The position numbers and the translations under genes were made by a program. Positions 9,777-18,918 of a stretch of DNA of 63,656 bases are shown here, piece by piece. The stretch comes from Phycisphaerales bacterium (GTDB lineage Bacteria > Planctomycetota > Phycisphaerae > Sedimentisphaerales > UBA12454): NCBI GenBank assembly GCA_039679715.1, contig JBDKUM010000070.1, positions 1-63,656 on the forward strand. The letters run 5' to 3'. The first letter of the stretch is position 1; each line of letters starts with the position of its first letter. The notes under the pieces were generated by a model. It worked only from the letters and a program-made list of their open reading frames with translations, made no database searches and was not told the DNA's origin.

Positions 9777-10499
9777 TTAATCCATTCTATTTTGCATACA
9801 ATCATTATAGGCCTGTTTCACTATATCAATATGGGATTGGTTAAATTCCGGCGAAGTCCGTCTGATTCTACGGAACGAACGGTTCAAAGAATTCCTGGCT
9901 CTAATTGCCCATCGGCAACGCGGATGAGAATATCGAGCCTCACGATCAATCATAACAATCGAACTCTGATCACTATCCATCACAATAATATCTTTAAGGC
10001 GGAGCGAACCATAAAAGCCATGCCTGTGTAATCTTGCCAGCAGTGTTCCGTATGAACGCGGGAGACGAACGTCTTTATCCTGCATATTCGTCAGGTTCAA
10101 TACTTTGTCTAAGGGCGTGCCTTTGACTTCATCTACAAGAATAAATCCATATTGCGGCATGCCCCATTTCCGCTTTTCGCCGACAGCAATACAATTCATA
10201 ACTGGAAACTGAAACTTCTGCAGCGAACAAATATGAAGATACTCCCTAAAAGGAGCAGAATAAGCCATTGTGCCAAACAGATACGACTCAATCGATTTTG
10301 CGACCGAACATATCAGCCGTCGTTTCAAATATACAGTTCTGCCTGCCCCTTCAATCCTGAGAATTTCGTTACGGTCTCCTTTTTCTACAACACTGCCGAC
10401 CTCGGAAAACATTAGCTGTTCAAAGGTATGCAGATTCATTTCTTCCAGCCACGAATGGTATTCTTCTTTTATGATGAATTTAATATTTTCCTTGGCCAT
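9777..10499 (-). CDS. Lipopolysaccharide kinase (Kdo/WaaP) family protein embedded in the pse operon
   Basis: Small kinase-like fold: TVYLKRR (Lys region), LARLHRHGFYGSLRLKDIIV (catalytic-loop-like), MIDRE. Size and layout resemble the Kdo/WaaP family. Substrate unknown. Confidence 0.6.
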   Translation of the reverse strand: MAKENIKFIIKEEYHSWLEEMNLHTFEQLMFSEVGSVVEKGDRNEILRIEGAGRTVYLKRRLICSVAKSIESYLFGTMAYSAPFREYLHICSLQKFQFPVMNCIAVGEKRKWGMPQYGFILVDEVKGTPLDKVLNLTNMQDKDVRLPRSYGTLLARLHRHGFYGSLRLKDIIVMDSDQSSIVMIDREARYSHPRCRWAIRARNSLNRSFRRIRRTSPEFNQSHIDIVKQAYNDCMQNRMD

Positions 10500-10549
10500 A
10501 GAGTTTTATGTGAATTTAAATATATGCTAAGCTGCTTTCTCTATTAATT

Positions 10550-11173
10550 TTAAATTTTTTCCATCAAAAACCAGGTGATGTCGTCTTGCGGAAAATTATT
10601 ATCTCGCCGATAAACAAATTTATAATCAATAAGTTCAAGATCTTTGAATTTATCGAGCATTTCACCCGCAAAATCTCTTTTAAACAGCTTGTTTTCATAC
10701 TCCCTGTATGGGATTGCCACCGGTGATGGATTGTAGTACTCTGCAACACAAATATACTTTGAAGATGTATCATACATTTTCTGGTAAACTTTTTCAAGTT
10801 CATCCGGATTAATATGGATCAAGACGCCTTTTGTGAATACAAAGTCATATTTTTCTTTTGGTTCAAAATCCAGGATAGAAATGTTATATACAGTTAAATT
10901 ATCTATCTGCTTGAGTTGCCGGCATGCATTTGCGTTTATTTCAATTGCGGAGATTTTCACATCAAGCAGAATTCTCTTAATCGCGTGTATATTCATGCCG
11001 ATATTTGCGCCAAACTCCATAAATGAATTTACATCCCTTGTTCGTTTAAAAATATCTGCAAAAAAGGCTGTATCTGCATTAAGCAATTGGTTTGATTTAT
11101 TTCTATTAACGTATTCATTTCCGAACTCACCGGCCCAAAATGATTCCTGTTCTGTCTTGAAATCTTTAGTCAT
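10550..11173 (-). CDS. Pseudaminic acid biosynthesis-associated methyltransferase (class I SAM MTase)
   Basis: N-terminal FWAGEFGNEYVNRN plus FMEFGANIGMN (SAM motif I). From memory this matches the Pse-associated methylase family. Confidence 0.7.
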   Translation of the reverse strand: MTKDFKTEQESFWAGEFGNEYVNRNKSNQLLNADTAFFADIFKRTRDVNSFMEFGANIGMNIHAIKRILLDVKISAIEINANACRQLKQIDNLTVYNISILDFEPKEKYDFVFTKGVLIHINPDELEKVYQKMYDTSSKYICVAEYYNPSPVAIPYREYENKLFKRDFAGEMLDKFKDLELIDYKFVYRRDNNFPQDDITWFLMEKI

Positions 11174-11221
11174 TTCATTTCTCTCAAATTAGATGTTTTG
11201 ATTTTTCCCAAGTTAACTCGT

Positions 11222-12451
11222 TTATCCATGTCTTTTTATAAGAGGTTGCAATTCTAATCTATGAAAAAATTCTGCTTTTATAGTCTCTTCTGCTGCTGAT
11301 ACAAAACCAGCTTTTACAAAAGCCCGTTTTGAACTTTCATTATTTTTCTTAATATATGCGACAACAGGTAAATCGCATGCAATCTGAACCATACGGCTAG
11401 CCTTGGTTATTGTCCAAGTACCTAATCCTTTACCTCTATACTCACTATTTATAGCGATTGAAATAAGCCACTGCTCCGATTCAAGCAAGTCAAATCTCAC
11501 TTGTCCTACAAATTTGCCCGCATAACTTTCAACTATATAAAATTTAACTTTGTCATTTTCAAGCTTTCCTTTAAACCAGTTTTTATGATCTTCTAATTCT
11601 ATCCTATCCCTCGAGATTGATTGCATCCGCACTTCAGGACTGTTATTTAGATTGTAAACCGCCATAAGATCAGATTCCCTTGCTTTGCGGATCAACATTT
11701 GCTTATTGATGTTTCTGAAAAAGTTCGCATCCTTTACAAAATCGGTCAAATTTTCCTCTGAATCTTTTTTTGTTTCGATACTTACCATCGCGCTCGAAGG
11801 CAGCAAACTAATTAATTCATCCAAATTATACTTCCCTTGCCCGAAGTGCTCATGGCTATCAAATTCTCCATGAAGATCGCCATCACTAAGATGATACATA
11901 GTCGGCTCAAGTTTGATAAATTCTTTTAGGAAACTTATATATTCTATCTTATGTGAATTGGCAGCGCAGATGGCATGTCCGATATCAAGGCAAAATCCGA
12001 CATTGCATTGCTTCATGATAAATTCTATTTCTTCAGGCAGATTACCTGTACATATCACATTACCAAAACCAAGATAGGGCTTATTTTCTATCAGAATACG
12101 AGAATCTTTGATTTTGCTCAACTGCCGGGCAGTTTCTTCTATGCTGCCATCAACTCCGGGATGAAAAATAATATATTCGGCATTTAATGCATTGGCAAAT
12201 TTTATAGCTTGGTGGGCCAACTTGATATTATCATCTTTCTTTTGTGGATCGGCAAAATTAAGCCCGTTTCGAAAGTGCGGGCCGTGAATTACATAAGGCA
12301 CCTGCAGCTTTTTCCAAAAATCAATAAGCTCCAAACTATCCGGAACTGCATACAATTCTATATAGTCGTAAAAACCCTCTTCGAAGAGCCTTTTGGCTTC
12401 ATCAAAGTAATTTTTATTTATTGACCATAATTTTAATCCTATTTTGTGCAT
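11222..12451 (-). CDS. Fusion: xylose-isomerase-like TIM barrel + GNAT N-acetyltransferase (PseH-like)
   Basis: The N-terminal ~250 aa are sugar-phosphate isomerase/AP-endonuclease-2-like (IIFHPG, CLDIGHA, HLSDGD). The C-terminal ~150 aa are GNAT with a PseH-like layout (LIRKARESDL...HKNWF...INSEYRGKGLG). Confidence 0.7.
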   Translation of the reverse strand: MHKIGLKLWSINKNYFDEAKRLFEEGFYDYIELYAVPDSLELIDFWKKLQVPYVIHGPHFRNGLNFADPQKKDDNIKLAHQAIKFANALNAEYIIFHPGVDGSIEETARQLSKIKDSRILIENKPYLGFGNVICTGNLPEEIEFIMKQCNVGFCLDIGHAICAANSHKIEYISFLKEFIKLEPTMYHLSDGDLHGEFDSHEHFGQGKYNLDELISLLPSSAMVSIETKKDSEENLTDFVKDANFFRNINKQMLIRKARESDLMAVYNLNNSPEVRMQSISRDRIELEDHKNWFKGKLENDKVKFYIVESYAGKFVGQVRFDLLESEQWLISIAINSEYRGKGLGTWTITKASRMVQIACDLPVVAYIKKNNESSKRAFVKAGFVSAAEETIKAEFFHRLELQPLIKRHG

Positions 12452-13032
12452 TTGAACAGATATCTAAAAGGTTCGCTGCTGCATTGAGGGATTTTGCTTA
12501 CAAATTTGCACGAGAAATCAGGCAGAGCAGAATTAAGCCATTCTTGAGCGTATTGTTTAACACTGTTTTCATTATTATCTTCGAACAGATTACCATTTAA
12601 CTTGCCAAATTTTCGATTCAATGCAGCAAATTCAATGAGAAAAATTTTATTGCTTCTATTTGCCAACTTCGACACGTAGGTGCGAGCGACTTCATCGCCA
12701 TGTTGTTCTATTATTTGATGATGAACCGACAAAAGCAGTATTGCATCAAACTTGGGCAGCTTATCTATCATCTCGGCATTCATTTCCACATTACCAAAAA
12801 AAGCCTTTTCATAACGGTAATCAATTCCTCTGAAATCTAACTGCTTATCAACGCCGACTGCAAAAATTCCATTTGCGCCCATAGCACGAACGATCTCACC
12901 TGCATTGCATCCCACTTCCAAAAGAGAACCTATTTGCATTTCTTTCAGTGCATTGGCAATATGACTTATTTTAACTTTTGTCTCTCTTCTCAATTGAAAC
13001 GATTTTTGTTTTTTAAAAAAATTTCTAATCAT
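12439..13032 (-). CDS. Class I SAM-dependent methyltransferase
   Basis: LLEVGCNAGEIV (motif I) and DAILLLSVHHQ. 13-nt overlap with the downstream gene. Confidence 0.6.
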   Translation of the reverse strand: MIRNFFKKQKSFQLRRETKVKISHIANALKEMQIGSLLEVGCNAGEIVRAMGANGIFAVGVDKQLDFRGIDYRYEKAFFGNVEMNAEMIDKLPKFDAILLLSVHHQIIEQHGDEVARTYVSKLANRSNKIFLIEFAALNRKFGKLNGNLFEDNNENSVKQYAQEWLNSALPDFSCKFVSKIPQCSSEPFRYLFKCTK

Positions 13033-13036
13033 GCTT

Positions 13037-13672
13037 TTAACCTTTTCTATAATTATTTAATGAAGGAATTGCAGTTATATGAACGCATCCGATTTGGGCC
13101 GGGATAGGTAAATTTAAAATCGAGGCAATCGCGAAACGGTGTATGCCTCCCAGGCCGAAGATTGGTTTTCCATTCGGTCCTAAGTGGATTAAAATTCCGC
13201 CTTCTTCCCTAAAATTATTGCTTTTTATTTCACTTCTTTTTCTTAGTTTCCCTTCTTTTTTTATAGTTTCAAACATTTCATCCAGTTTTTTATATCTCGC
13301 GATAATATCATTTCGATTTTTGCAGTGATCAACAGCTCTTTGGCTTTTTGCTATAAGATTTTCCATGAACTCGTAAGCTCCCGTTTGTTCCCATGGAATA
13401 CCATTAACCCAATGAGCTATACAAAATTTGAATTTCGGCACTTCTCGTATTGATACTGACGAATATGGCCAATCTGTATCAATAACAACACCTGAAGCAG
13501 ACCTGCCCGGCGTTCTCGTCGAAATACCATCTATGCAATGTTCACATACTTTAGGATAAACGATTATCCTTTCCGCGTATTTAGGCGCAGCCGAACCATA
13601 TCGTATTTTATTTACAATATCGCGTAGAATTTTGTCGGTTCGTGTAATATATTTTTTTATTTTCAATTTCAT
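13037..13672 (-). CDS. Hypothetical protein in the pse operon (possible ParB/Srx-like GGIHRFAIA motif)
   Basis: Tightly packed in the operon, with a 0-nt gap to pseF. Only a weak GxHRxAxA resemblance was seen, and no family could be assigned. Confidence 0.5.
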   Translation of the reverse strand: MKLKIKKYITRTDKILRDIVNKIRYGSAAPKYAERIIVYPKVCEHCIDGISTRTPGRSASGVVIDTDWPYSSVSIREVPKFKFCIAHWVNGIPWEQTGAYEFMENLIAKSQRAVDHCKNRNDIIARYKKLDEMFETIKKEGKLRKRSEIKSNNFREEGGILIHLGPNGKPIFGLGGIHRFAIASILNLPIPAQIGCVHITAIPSLNNYRKG

Positions 13673-14383
13673 TCAGACTTCTGGTTTTTGTATATTGATC
13701 GCTTCCGAACATCGGTACAACGACTCCGCTATAATCCAGTCATCAAGTGTATCGATATCCTGCGCCTCATAACGAGGCACTTCGAAATAAGCCGTATTTG
13801 AGGTCATCAAAGATTTTTCTTTCATCACCGATTCGGTCTTAAACCAGTAAAATTGCCCGCAATCATGATAAAAAGGCTCAAGGTCCTGTGATCTGGTGTT
13901 TGCATATTCAGGTTGAGCGTAAACGATGCGCCCATTTTCTATCCTGAACGCTCTTTGTAAAGGGAATTCGAATTCTACAACAGAATACAAGGTATCGGCA
14001 TTTTCTTTAAATAATACTTTTAAACTCTCTTGCAATTTTCCCGAATTTACAAAAGGTGCAGTGGGATAAAGACAGCAGCCGTATTCAAAATTTTTCCCCT
14101 CCGCCCTGTATCGTGAAATAACTTCCACTAAAACATCCACTGTTTTTGAGTGATCCTCCGAATTTTCCCTGGAACGCATAAATGGCACTTTTGCGCCATA
14201 CTGAATCGCTATCTCGGCTATCTTATTATCATCTGTTGAAACCATCACCTCATCGAACAATTTGGATTCGATCGCGGCCTCTATGGAATAGGCAATGATT
14301 GGTTTTCCACAGAAAGGTTTGATATTTTTTCCGGGGATACGCTTGCTTCCGCCCCTTGCCGTTATTATTGCGACACTGCTCAA
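13673..14383 (-). CDS. pseF: Pseudaminic acid cytidylyltransferase (CMP-NeuAc synthetase family)
   Basis: AIITARGGSKRIPGKNIKPFCGKPIIAYSI is the canonical CMP-nonulosonate synthetase N-terminus. 4-nt overlap with pseC. Confidence 0.85.
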   Translation of the reverse strand: MSSVAIITARGGSKRIPGKNIKPFCGKPIIAYSIEAAIESKLFDEVMVSTDDNKIAEIAIQYGAKVPFMRSRENSEDHSKTVDVLVEVISRYRAEGKNFEYGCCLYPTAPFVNSGKLQESLKVLFKENADTLYSVVEFEFPLQRAFRIENGRIVYAQPEYANTRSQDLEPFYHDCGQFYWFKTESVMKEKSLMTSNTAYFEVPRYEAQDIDTLDDWIIAESLYRCSEAINIQKPEV

Positions 14384-15501
14384 ATTGCCAGCTCCTTAAT
14401 TATCTTCACAATTACTTTTATATCTTCTTCTGTCAAATCAGGGTATAAAGGCAAAGACAATTCCCTGCGATAATAATTTTCCGCTTTGGGGAAATCACCC
14501 CATTTGAAACCGAGCTTTTGATAATATGGCTGGGTATGTACCGGTATATAGTGAACCTGGAGAAATAAACCTTTTTCGCGGAACTTATCGAAGAGTTCTT
14601 CTTTTGATATTTTGATTTTATCAAAATCAATTAAAAGCGGGCAAAGATGATAACAAGCCTTTGAATAAACCGGTTCTTCAAGAAGTGAAAAACGTTCGTC
14701 ACCTTTGAAAGCCTCAGCATACATGGCAAACAGCCTTCTCCGTTTTTCAGCAAAAATCCCAATTCGTTTTAATTGGGAAATTCCAAGTGCAGCCTGAATA
14801 TCTGTCAACCTGTAGTTGAATCCCAAATCTCTCATTTCATATTCCCAACGATTTTTCCGGTATATGCCATGACTTCTTAAAGCAAGCAGTTTTTCGTATA
14901 AATCCTTATCGTTAGTAGTAACCGCCCCGCCTTCACCGGATGTTATTGTCTTTACCGGATGGAATGAAAAAATAGTTGCTAATGAGTGCGCACAATTACC
15001 AACCTTCGAACCTTTGTATTCAGAGCCTATCGCGTGAGCTGCGTCTTCAATTATTAATAGATTGTGTTTTTTTGCTATTTGCGCGATTTTTTCCATATCA
15101 CAGCAGATGCCGGCAAAATGAACAGGAATAATCGCCTTAGTCGCTTTGGTGATATGCTTTTCGATTTCCAAAGGATCGATACATGCTGTTTTATTATCAA
15201 TGTCGGCAAACCTGACTGTGCCGCCGGCATACAAAACGCAGTTTGCCGAGGCGAGGAAAGTATTCGGCGAAGTAATTACTTCATCTCCCTGCTTAATACC
15301 TGCCGCAAGAGCAGCTATATGCAAAGCGGCAGTACCGTTGGCGACCGCGACGGTATATTTAGCTCCCGTATAATCGCATATTGCCTTTTCAAATTCTTTT
15401 ACTTTTGGACCCTGCGTAAGGAATGGACTGTCAAATACCTTCGTCACTTCCTGTATATCACCGGGGCTTATACTCTGTTTGCCGTAACTATAAGTCATCA
15501 T
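14380..15501 (-). CDS. pseC: UDP-4-amino-4,6-dideoxy-N-acetyl-beta-L-altrosamine transaminase (DegT/DnrJ/EryC1 family)
   Basis: YGKQSISPGDI, VANGTAALHIA, and SFHPVKTITSGEGGAV (PLP lysine region). Operon context. Confidence 0.88.
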   Translation of the reverse strand: MMTYSYGKQSISPGDIQEVTKVFDSPFLTQGPKVKEFEKAICDYTGAKYTVAVANGTAALHIAALAAGIKQGDEVITSPNTFLASANCVLYAGGTVRFADIDNKTACIDPLEIEKHITKATKAIIPVHFAGICCDMEKIAQIAKKHNLLIIEDAAHAIGSEYKGSKVGNCAHSLATIFSFHPVKTITSGEGGAVTTNDKDLYEKLLALRSHGIYRKNRWEYEMRDLGFNYRLTDIQAALGISQLKRIGIFAEKRRRLFAMYAEAFKGDERFSLLEEPVYSKACYHLCPLLIDFDKIKISKEELFDKFREKGLFLQVHYIPVHTQPYYQKLGFKWGDFPKAENYYRRELSLPLYPDLTEEDIKVIVKIIKELAI

Positions 15502-16430
15502 TTGGCCTGTTGATTAAATGCAAATATTCTCTGAACAAATTTCCTTGGATGTCGAAACGGGAACCATAAAGCATCTTGCAAGCACTGCTTTGTGTAGTTA
15601 GCCATAAGTAAGTTGTACAATTCCTTTCCTTCGATTGCGTCATTAATTCCAATTTCCTGTTCTACCGCTTTTTTCTGTTCTTCAGTTATTCCAACTTCAG
15701 GATATGTCGAAAAAAGCTTAACGATATAATCAAAGTACTCTCCTGCCTCTATGATTTTTTCTAAAACATTTTGTTTGTATTTATATCTTATCGTTGCAGT
15801 TTGGGGACCATAGATAAAAAACGGAATTCCCATTTCTACAGAATAAAAAAGGTAAGAACCAAAGTAATTTGAGGTTGTGTATTTGCATTGCCTAAGTATT
15901 TCGTAGAACTTATCAACAAAGTCGGGTTCTTCTCTCACCCCTGCTGTAACTATTTCAAAGCCGTTCTGACGATATATTTTGTCGAAACCTAACTGAAAAT
16001 CATGTTCGTGGATACATAATTTGATTGGATGAAAATTCGCGGGTAGTCTTTTTAGCATCGTGCAATATTCTTCTCTGTCGAAAACACCTTCTTCTTTTAA
16101 AGTAGAGTGCATAGGATAGGCGACAGTTCCGCATCTATTGTCAACCGTGGTAATATTCATCATTCTTCGATATTGAACAAATGGAGAACCAATAATATAA
16201 ACCGGTTTTTTCGAATATCGCCGCCAATTATCAAGCCTGCGCTTATTATAAACCAGCATCAATCTTTTTTTACTCCTCAAATCATTTACAGGCTCATCAT
16301 TATAAGGAGTATGTCCATGTTCATAACGGCATGGAAGAGGTTTGTCTTCAGGAAATCCAGACATCAAGCGGATAATTCTGTTGAGACTGTATTTTCTATC
16401 TTCATCATGAAATAATTTATCACTTATCAA
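15498..16430 (-). CDS. Hypothetical protein in the pse operon
   Basis: 4-nt overlap with pseC. No motif I can assign. It does not look like the canonical GT-B PseG. Confidence 0.55.
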   Translation of the reverse strand: MISDKLFHDEDRKYSLNRIIRLMSGFPEDKPLPCRYEHGHTPYNDEPVNDLRSKKRLMLVYNKRRLDNWRRYSKKPVYIIGSPFVQYRRMMNITTVDNRCGTVAYPMHSTLKEEGVFDREEYCTMLKRLPANFHPIKLCIHEHDFQLGFDKIYRQNGFEIVTAGVREEPDFVDKFYEILRQCKYTTSNYFGSYLFYSVEMGIPFFIYGPQTATIRYKYKQNVLEKIIEAGEYFDYIVKLFSTYPEVGITEEQKKAVEQEIGINDAIEGKELYNLLMANYTKQCLQDALWFPFRHPRKFVQRIFAFNQQAK

Positions 16431-16459
16431 TCAGAATCTCCAGTCATAATGTTAAAATC

Positions 16460-17518
16460 CTACAATCTAATTGCTTCATTAATCAAATCTTTGCGACGCC
16501 ACAAACCGTTGATGTCTTTTGTCACCAGTGTTCGATTAGCATGCTTATCGACAATCTCATCAAAGTGCTTTTGAGTTATTCCAATTGTGGAGCAAAAGTC
16601 CGCTTTTGCTAAGGGGTCGCAAATATAATCTCGTTCTTTTATCAGAGATTCAGCCTGGTGTTTACTTAATTTACCTTCTCGAACAAAACGGCAGGCGATA
16701 TCCGAAACTCTTTGAAAACCAAATTTTACAAATTTAGTCCAAAGATGAATTAGATATGCAACGCTATCTATTTGCGTATAGTTTTCAATACTCCCTTGTC
16801 TAGGCCATTCATTGAAATCATCCAGATCCTTAAAACCAATCTCGCGAGCAGACTGAAGTGAACTAGTTATTGAATATGGGTAAATGGCGCCCATAAACAC
16901 TATCTTCACATTATCATCCGATGCCGGATGAAAAATTTCCAGTTCTTCGCTGGTTCCATATTCAAAAGCTGAATTTTCTCCAAAGAAAACTGTCCGAATC
17001 CCCATTTTTTTTGCCATGTTAACTGGAACCTCGTATATTTTTTCTTCAATCCATTTAAGAGGATGCAGTTTCTGTTCGAAGTCTTTAAGTGTTTCTCGTT
17101 TAAATGTTTGTGGTTTGCACCTGAAAGTTATATGGTCTAAATCATACCGACTGACCAGATTGTTAATATTGTGCAGACCAGCTTTTGTATGCGAAAATTC
17201 ATCTGTAACAGTAACCAGCAAAGGATTCTTTACTCCATGTTTCTCGATTAGCTGACGAACTATACAATGTGAATCTTTGCCTCCCGAAACAGCTATCAAA
17301 CAATCGTATTCTACATCACCTTTGTTCTCTTCAATAAATTTGGTTAACCATTTCTGTCGTCCAACAAAATCTACATGTTTTTTATTATCCTGATTGATGC
17401 ATGCCAGACAAACTCCATCTTTCTCACCGGTATGAGGGCGTGTTCCTAGAATAAAGCCGCATTTACTACAAATCCTGATACCATTATTATTCTTCACCTT
17501 CGAATTCTCCTTTAACAT
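16460..17518 (-). CDS. N-acetyl sugar amidotransferase (PP-loop ATPase, PseA/WbuX-like)
   Basis: N-terminal Cys-ribbon (CSKCGF...CLAC) followed by the PP-loop VSGGKDS. This family makes acetamidino derivatives in nonulosonic-acid loci. Confidence 0.75.
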   Translation of the reverse strand: MLKENSKVKNNNGIRICSKCGFILGTRPHTGEKDGVCLACINQDNKKHVDFVGRQKWLTKFIEENKGDVEYDCLIAVSGGKDSHCIVRQLIEKHGVKNPLLVTVTDEFSHTKAGLHNINNLVSRYDLDHITFRCKPQTFKRETLKDFEQKLHPLKWIEEKIYEVPVNMAKKMGIRTVFFGENSAFEYGTSEELEIFHPASDDNVKIVFMGAIYPYSITSSLQSAREIGFKDLDDFNEWPRQGSIENYTQIDSVAYLIHLWTKFVKFGFQRVSDIACRFVREGKLSKHQAESLIKERDYICDPLAKADFCSTIGITQKHFDEIVDKHANRTLVTKDINGLWRRKDLINEAIRL

Positions 17519-17558
17519 TAGTTATATTACACAGATTTTTCCAAATCGCTGTCTTCGT

Positions 17559-18551
17559 TTAACAGAGTGCCGAAATCAGATTTCTCATCTGGCCTATTGT
17601 GAGCCATTCCGAGTTATTTCCGCTATGATACTCAAAACGTTCCGGGACGGGTTTGCCTTTTAAATCATACTTTGCCAAATTCCACCATTGCATGTTAGGC
17701 CCAATGATGTAGTATTTCCCAAAATCGCAGGTATTTATCGAATCTTCTTCTGATATCATCATTTCGTGAATCTTCTCTCCTGGTCGAATTCCAACTTCTT
17801 CAATTGGAAGATCAGGAGCCATTGCCTTTGCAAGGTCTGTGATTTTCATGGAAGGAATTTTCCTGACAAATAATTCTCCGCCATGCATCACCTCCAAAGC
17901 ATGCAGCACCATCTCTACTGCTTCTTCAAGAACGAGCCAGAAACGAGTCATACGGGTATCAGTTATCGGAAGTGATTTGGCTTTTTCAGCAATCAACTTC
18001 TGAAAATAGGGAATCACAGAACCTCTTGAACCTGCCACATTCCCGTATCTTACAACGCTAAAACGTGTTTCTTTTGAACCAACATACGCATTGCCCGCGA
18101 TGAATAATTTGTCGGAACATAATTTTGTAGCACCATAAAGATTGATTGGCGAACAAGCTTTATCCGTGCTTAATGCTACTACTTTTTTAACTTTTTTATT
18201 TATGGCCGCATTAATAACGTTTTCTGCGCCAATCACGTTGGTTTTAACAGCTTCGAAAGGATTGTATTCGCATGCCGGAACCTGCTTAAGAGCCGCGGCG
18301 TGAACAACAATATCTACACCATCCAAAGCACGGCAAAGACGTTGTTCATCACGCACATCTCCAATAAAAAATCTCATTTTTGCATTGCCGGCAAACGGAG
18401 GCATATTGCTCATTTGAAATTGTTTATACTCATCTCGCGAGAATATAACTATTCTTTGAATTTCAGGATAATTCCTTAGAATCGTTTCTGCAAATTTTTT
18501 ACCAAAAGATCCTGTTCCCCCTGTAATTAGGATCGATTTTCCATTTAACAT
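17559..18551 (-). CDS. pseB: UDP-N-acetylglucosamine 4,6-dehydratase (inverting)
   Basis: From memory it is near-collinear with C. jejuni PseB: ILITGGTGSFGKKF, FFIGDVRD, STDKACSPINLYGATKL, TRFSVVRYGNVAGSRGSV, ITDTRMTRFW, GEKIHEMMIS. Confidence 0.9.
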   Translation of the reverse strand: MLNGKSILITGGTGSFGKKFAETILRNYPEIQRIVIFSRDEYKQFQMSNMPPFAGNAKMRFFIGDVRDEQRLCRALDGVDIVVHAAALKQVPACEYNPFEAVKTNVIGAENVINAAINKKVKKVVALSTDKACSPINLYGATKLCSDKLFIAGNAYVGSKETRFSVVRYGNVAGSRGSVIPYFQKLIAEKAKSLPITDTRMTRFWLVLEEAVEMVLHALEVMHGGELFVRKIPSMKITDLAKAMAPDLPIEEVGIRPGEKIHEMMISEEDSINTCDFGKYYIIGPNMQWWNLAKYDLKGKPVPERFEYHSGNNSEWLTIGQMRNLISALC

Positions 18552-18673
18552 TTAGTAATCCTTTATTTTGTTTTGAGAACGACTATGGTAACAGCAAGAC
18601 CCATCCGAGTCAATGACCTTAGAGATGCATCCCCTATTTAGAAGAAATAATAAGGCTGCAAAGAAAACTACAT

Positions 18674-18747
18674 TGGGCGATACAGGATTCGAACCTGTGA
18701 CCTCACGGGTGTGATCCGTGCGCTCTAACCAGCTGAGCTAATCGCCC
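18674..18747 (-). tRNA. tRNA-Val (anticodon CAC)
   Basis: The reverse complement folds as a cloverleaf: acceptor GGGCGAT/ATCGCCC, D-arm GCTC/GAGC, anticodon stem CACGG/CCGTG with loop ATCACAC, T-arm ACAGG-TTCGAAT-CCTGT, discriminator A. CCA is not encoded. Confidence 0.9.
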
Positions 18748-18766
18748 ATATTTCAAAAACCTGCAT

Positions 18767-18829
18767 GAAATTATAGCCTAAAATTGATATGCACAAAATG
18801 AATTTATAGTCTAAAATTGATATAAACAA
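18767..18829. promoter_or_regulatory. Two 30-nt direct repeats (26/30 identical, 33-nt period) upstream of the XRE/S24 repressor gene; candidate operators
   Basis: GAAATTATAGCCTAAAATTGATATGCACAA (18767-18796) and GAATTTATAGTCTAAAATTGATATAAACAA (18800-18829). They lie 90-150 nt upstream of ATG 18919. Confidence 0.4.
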
Positions 18830-18918
18830 GCAAATTTCCCAGATAATTATATTGCAAAAAACAAGAGTTAAGTTATATATTTAGCTAACAAACTTAAATA
18901 ATAGTTAAGGAAAACTAT

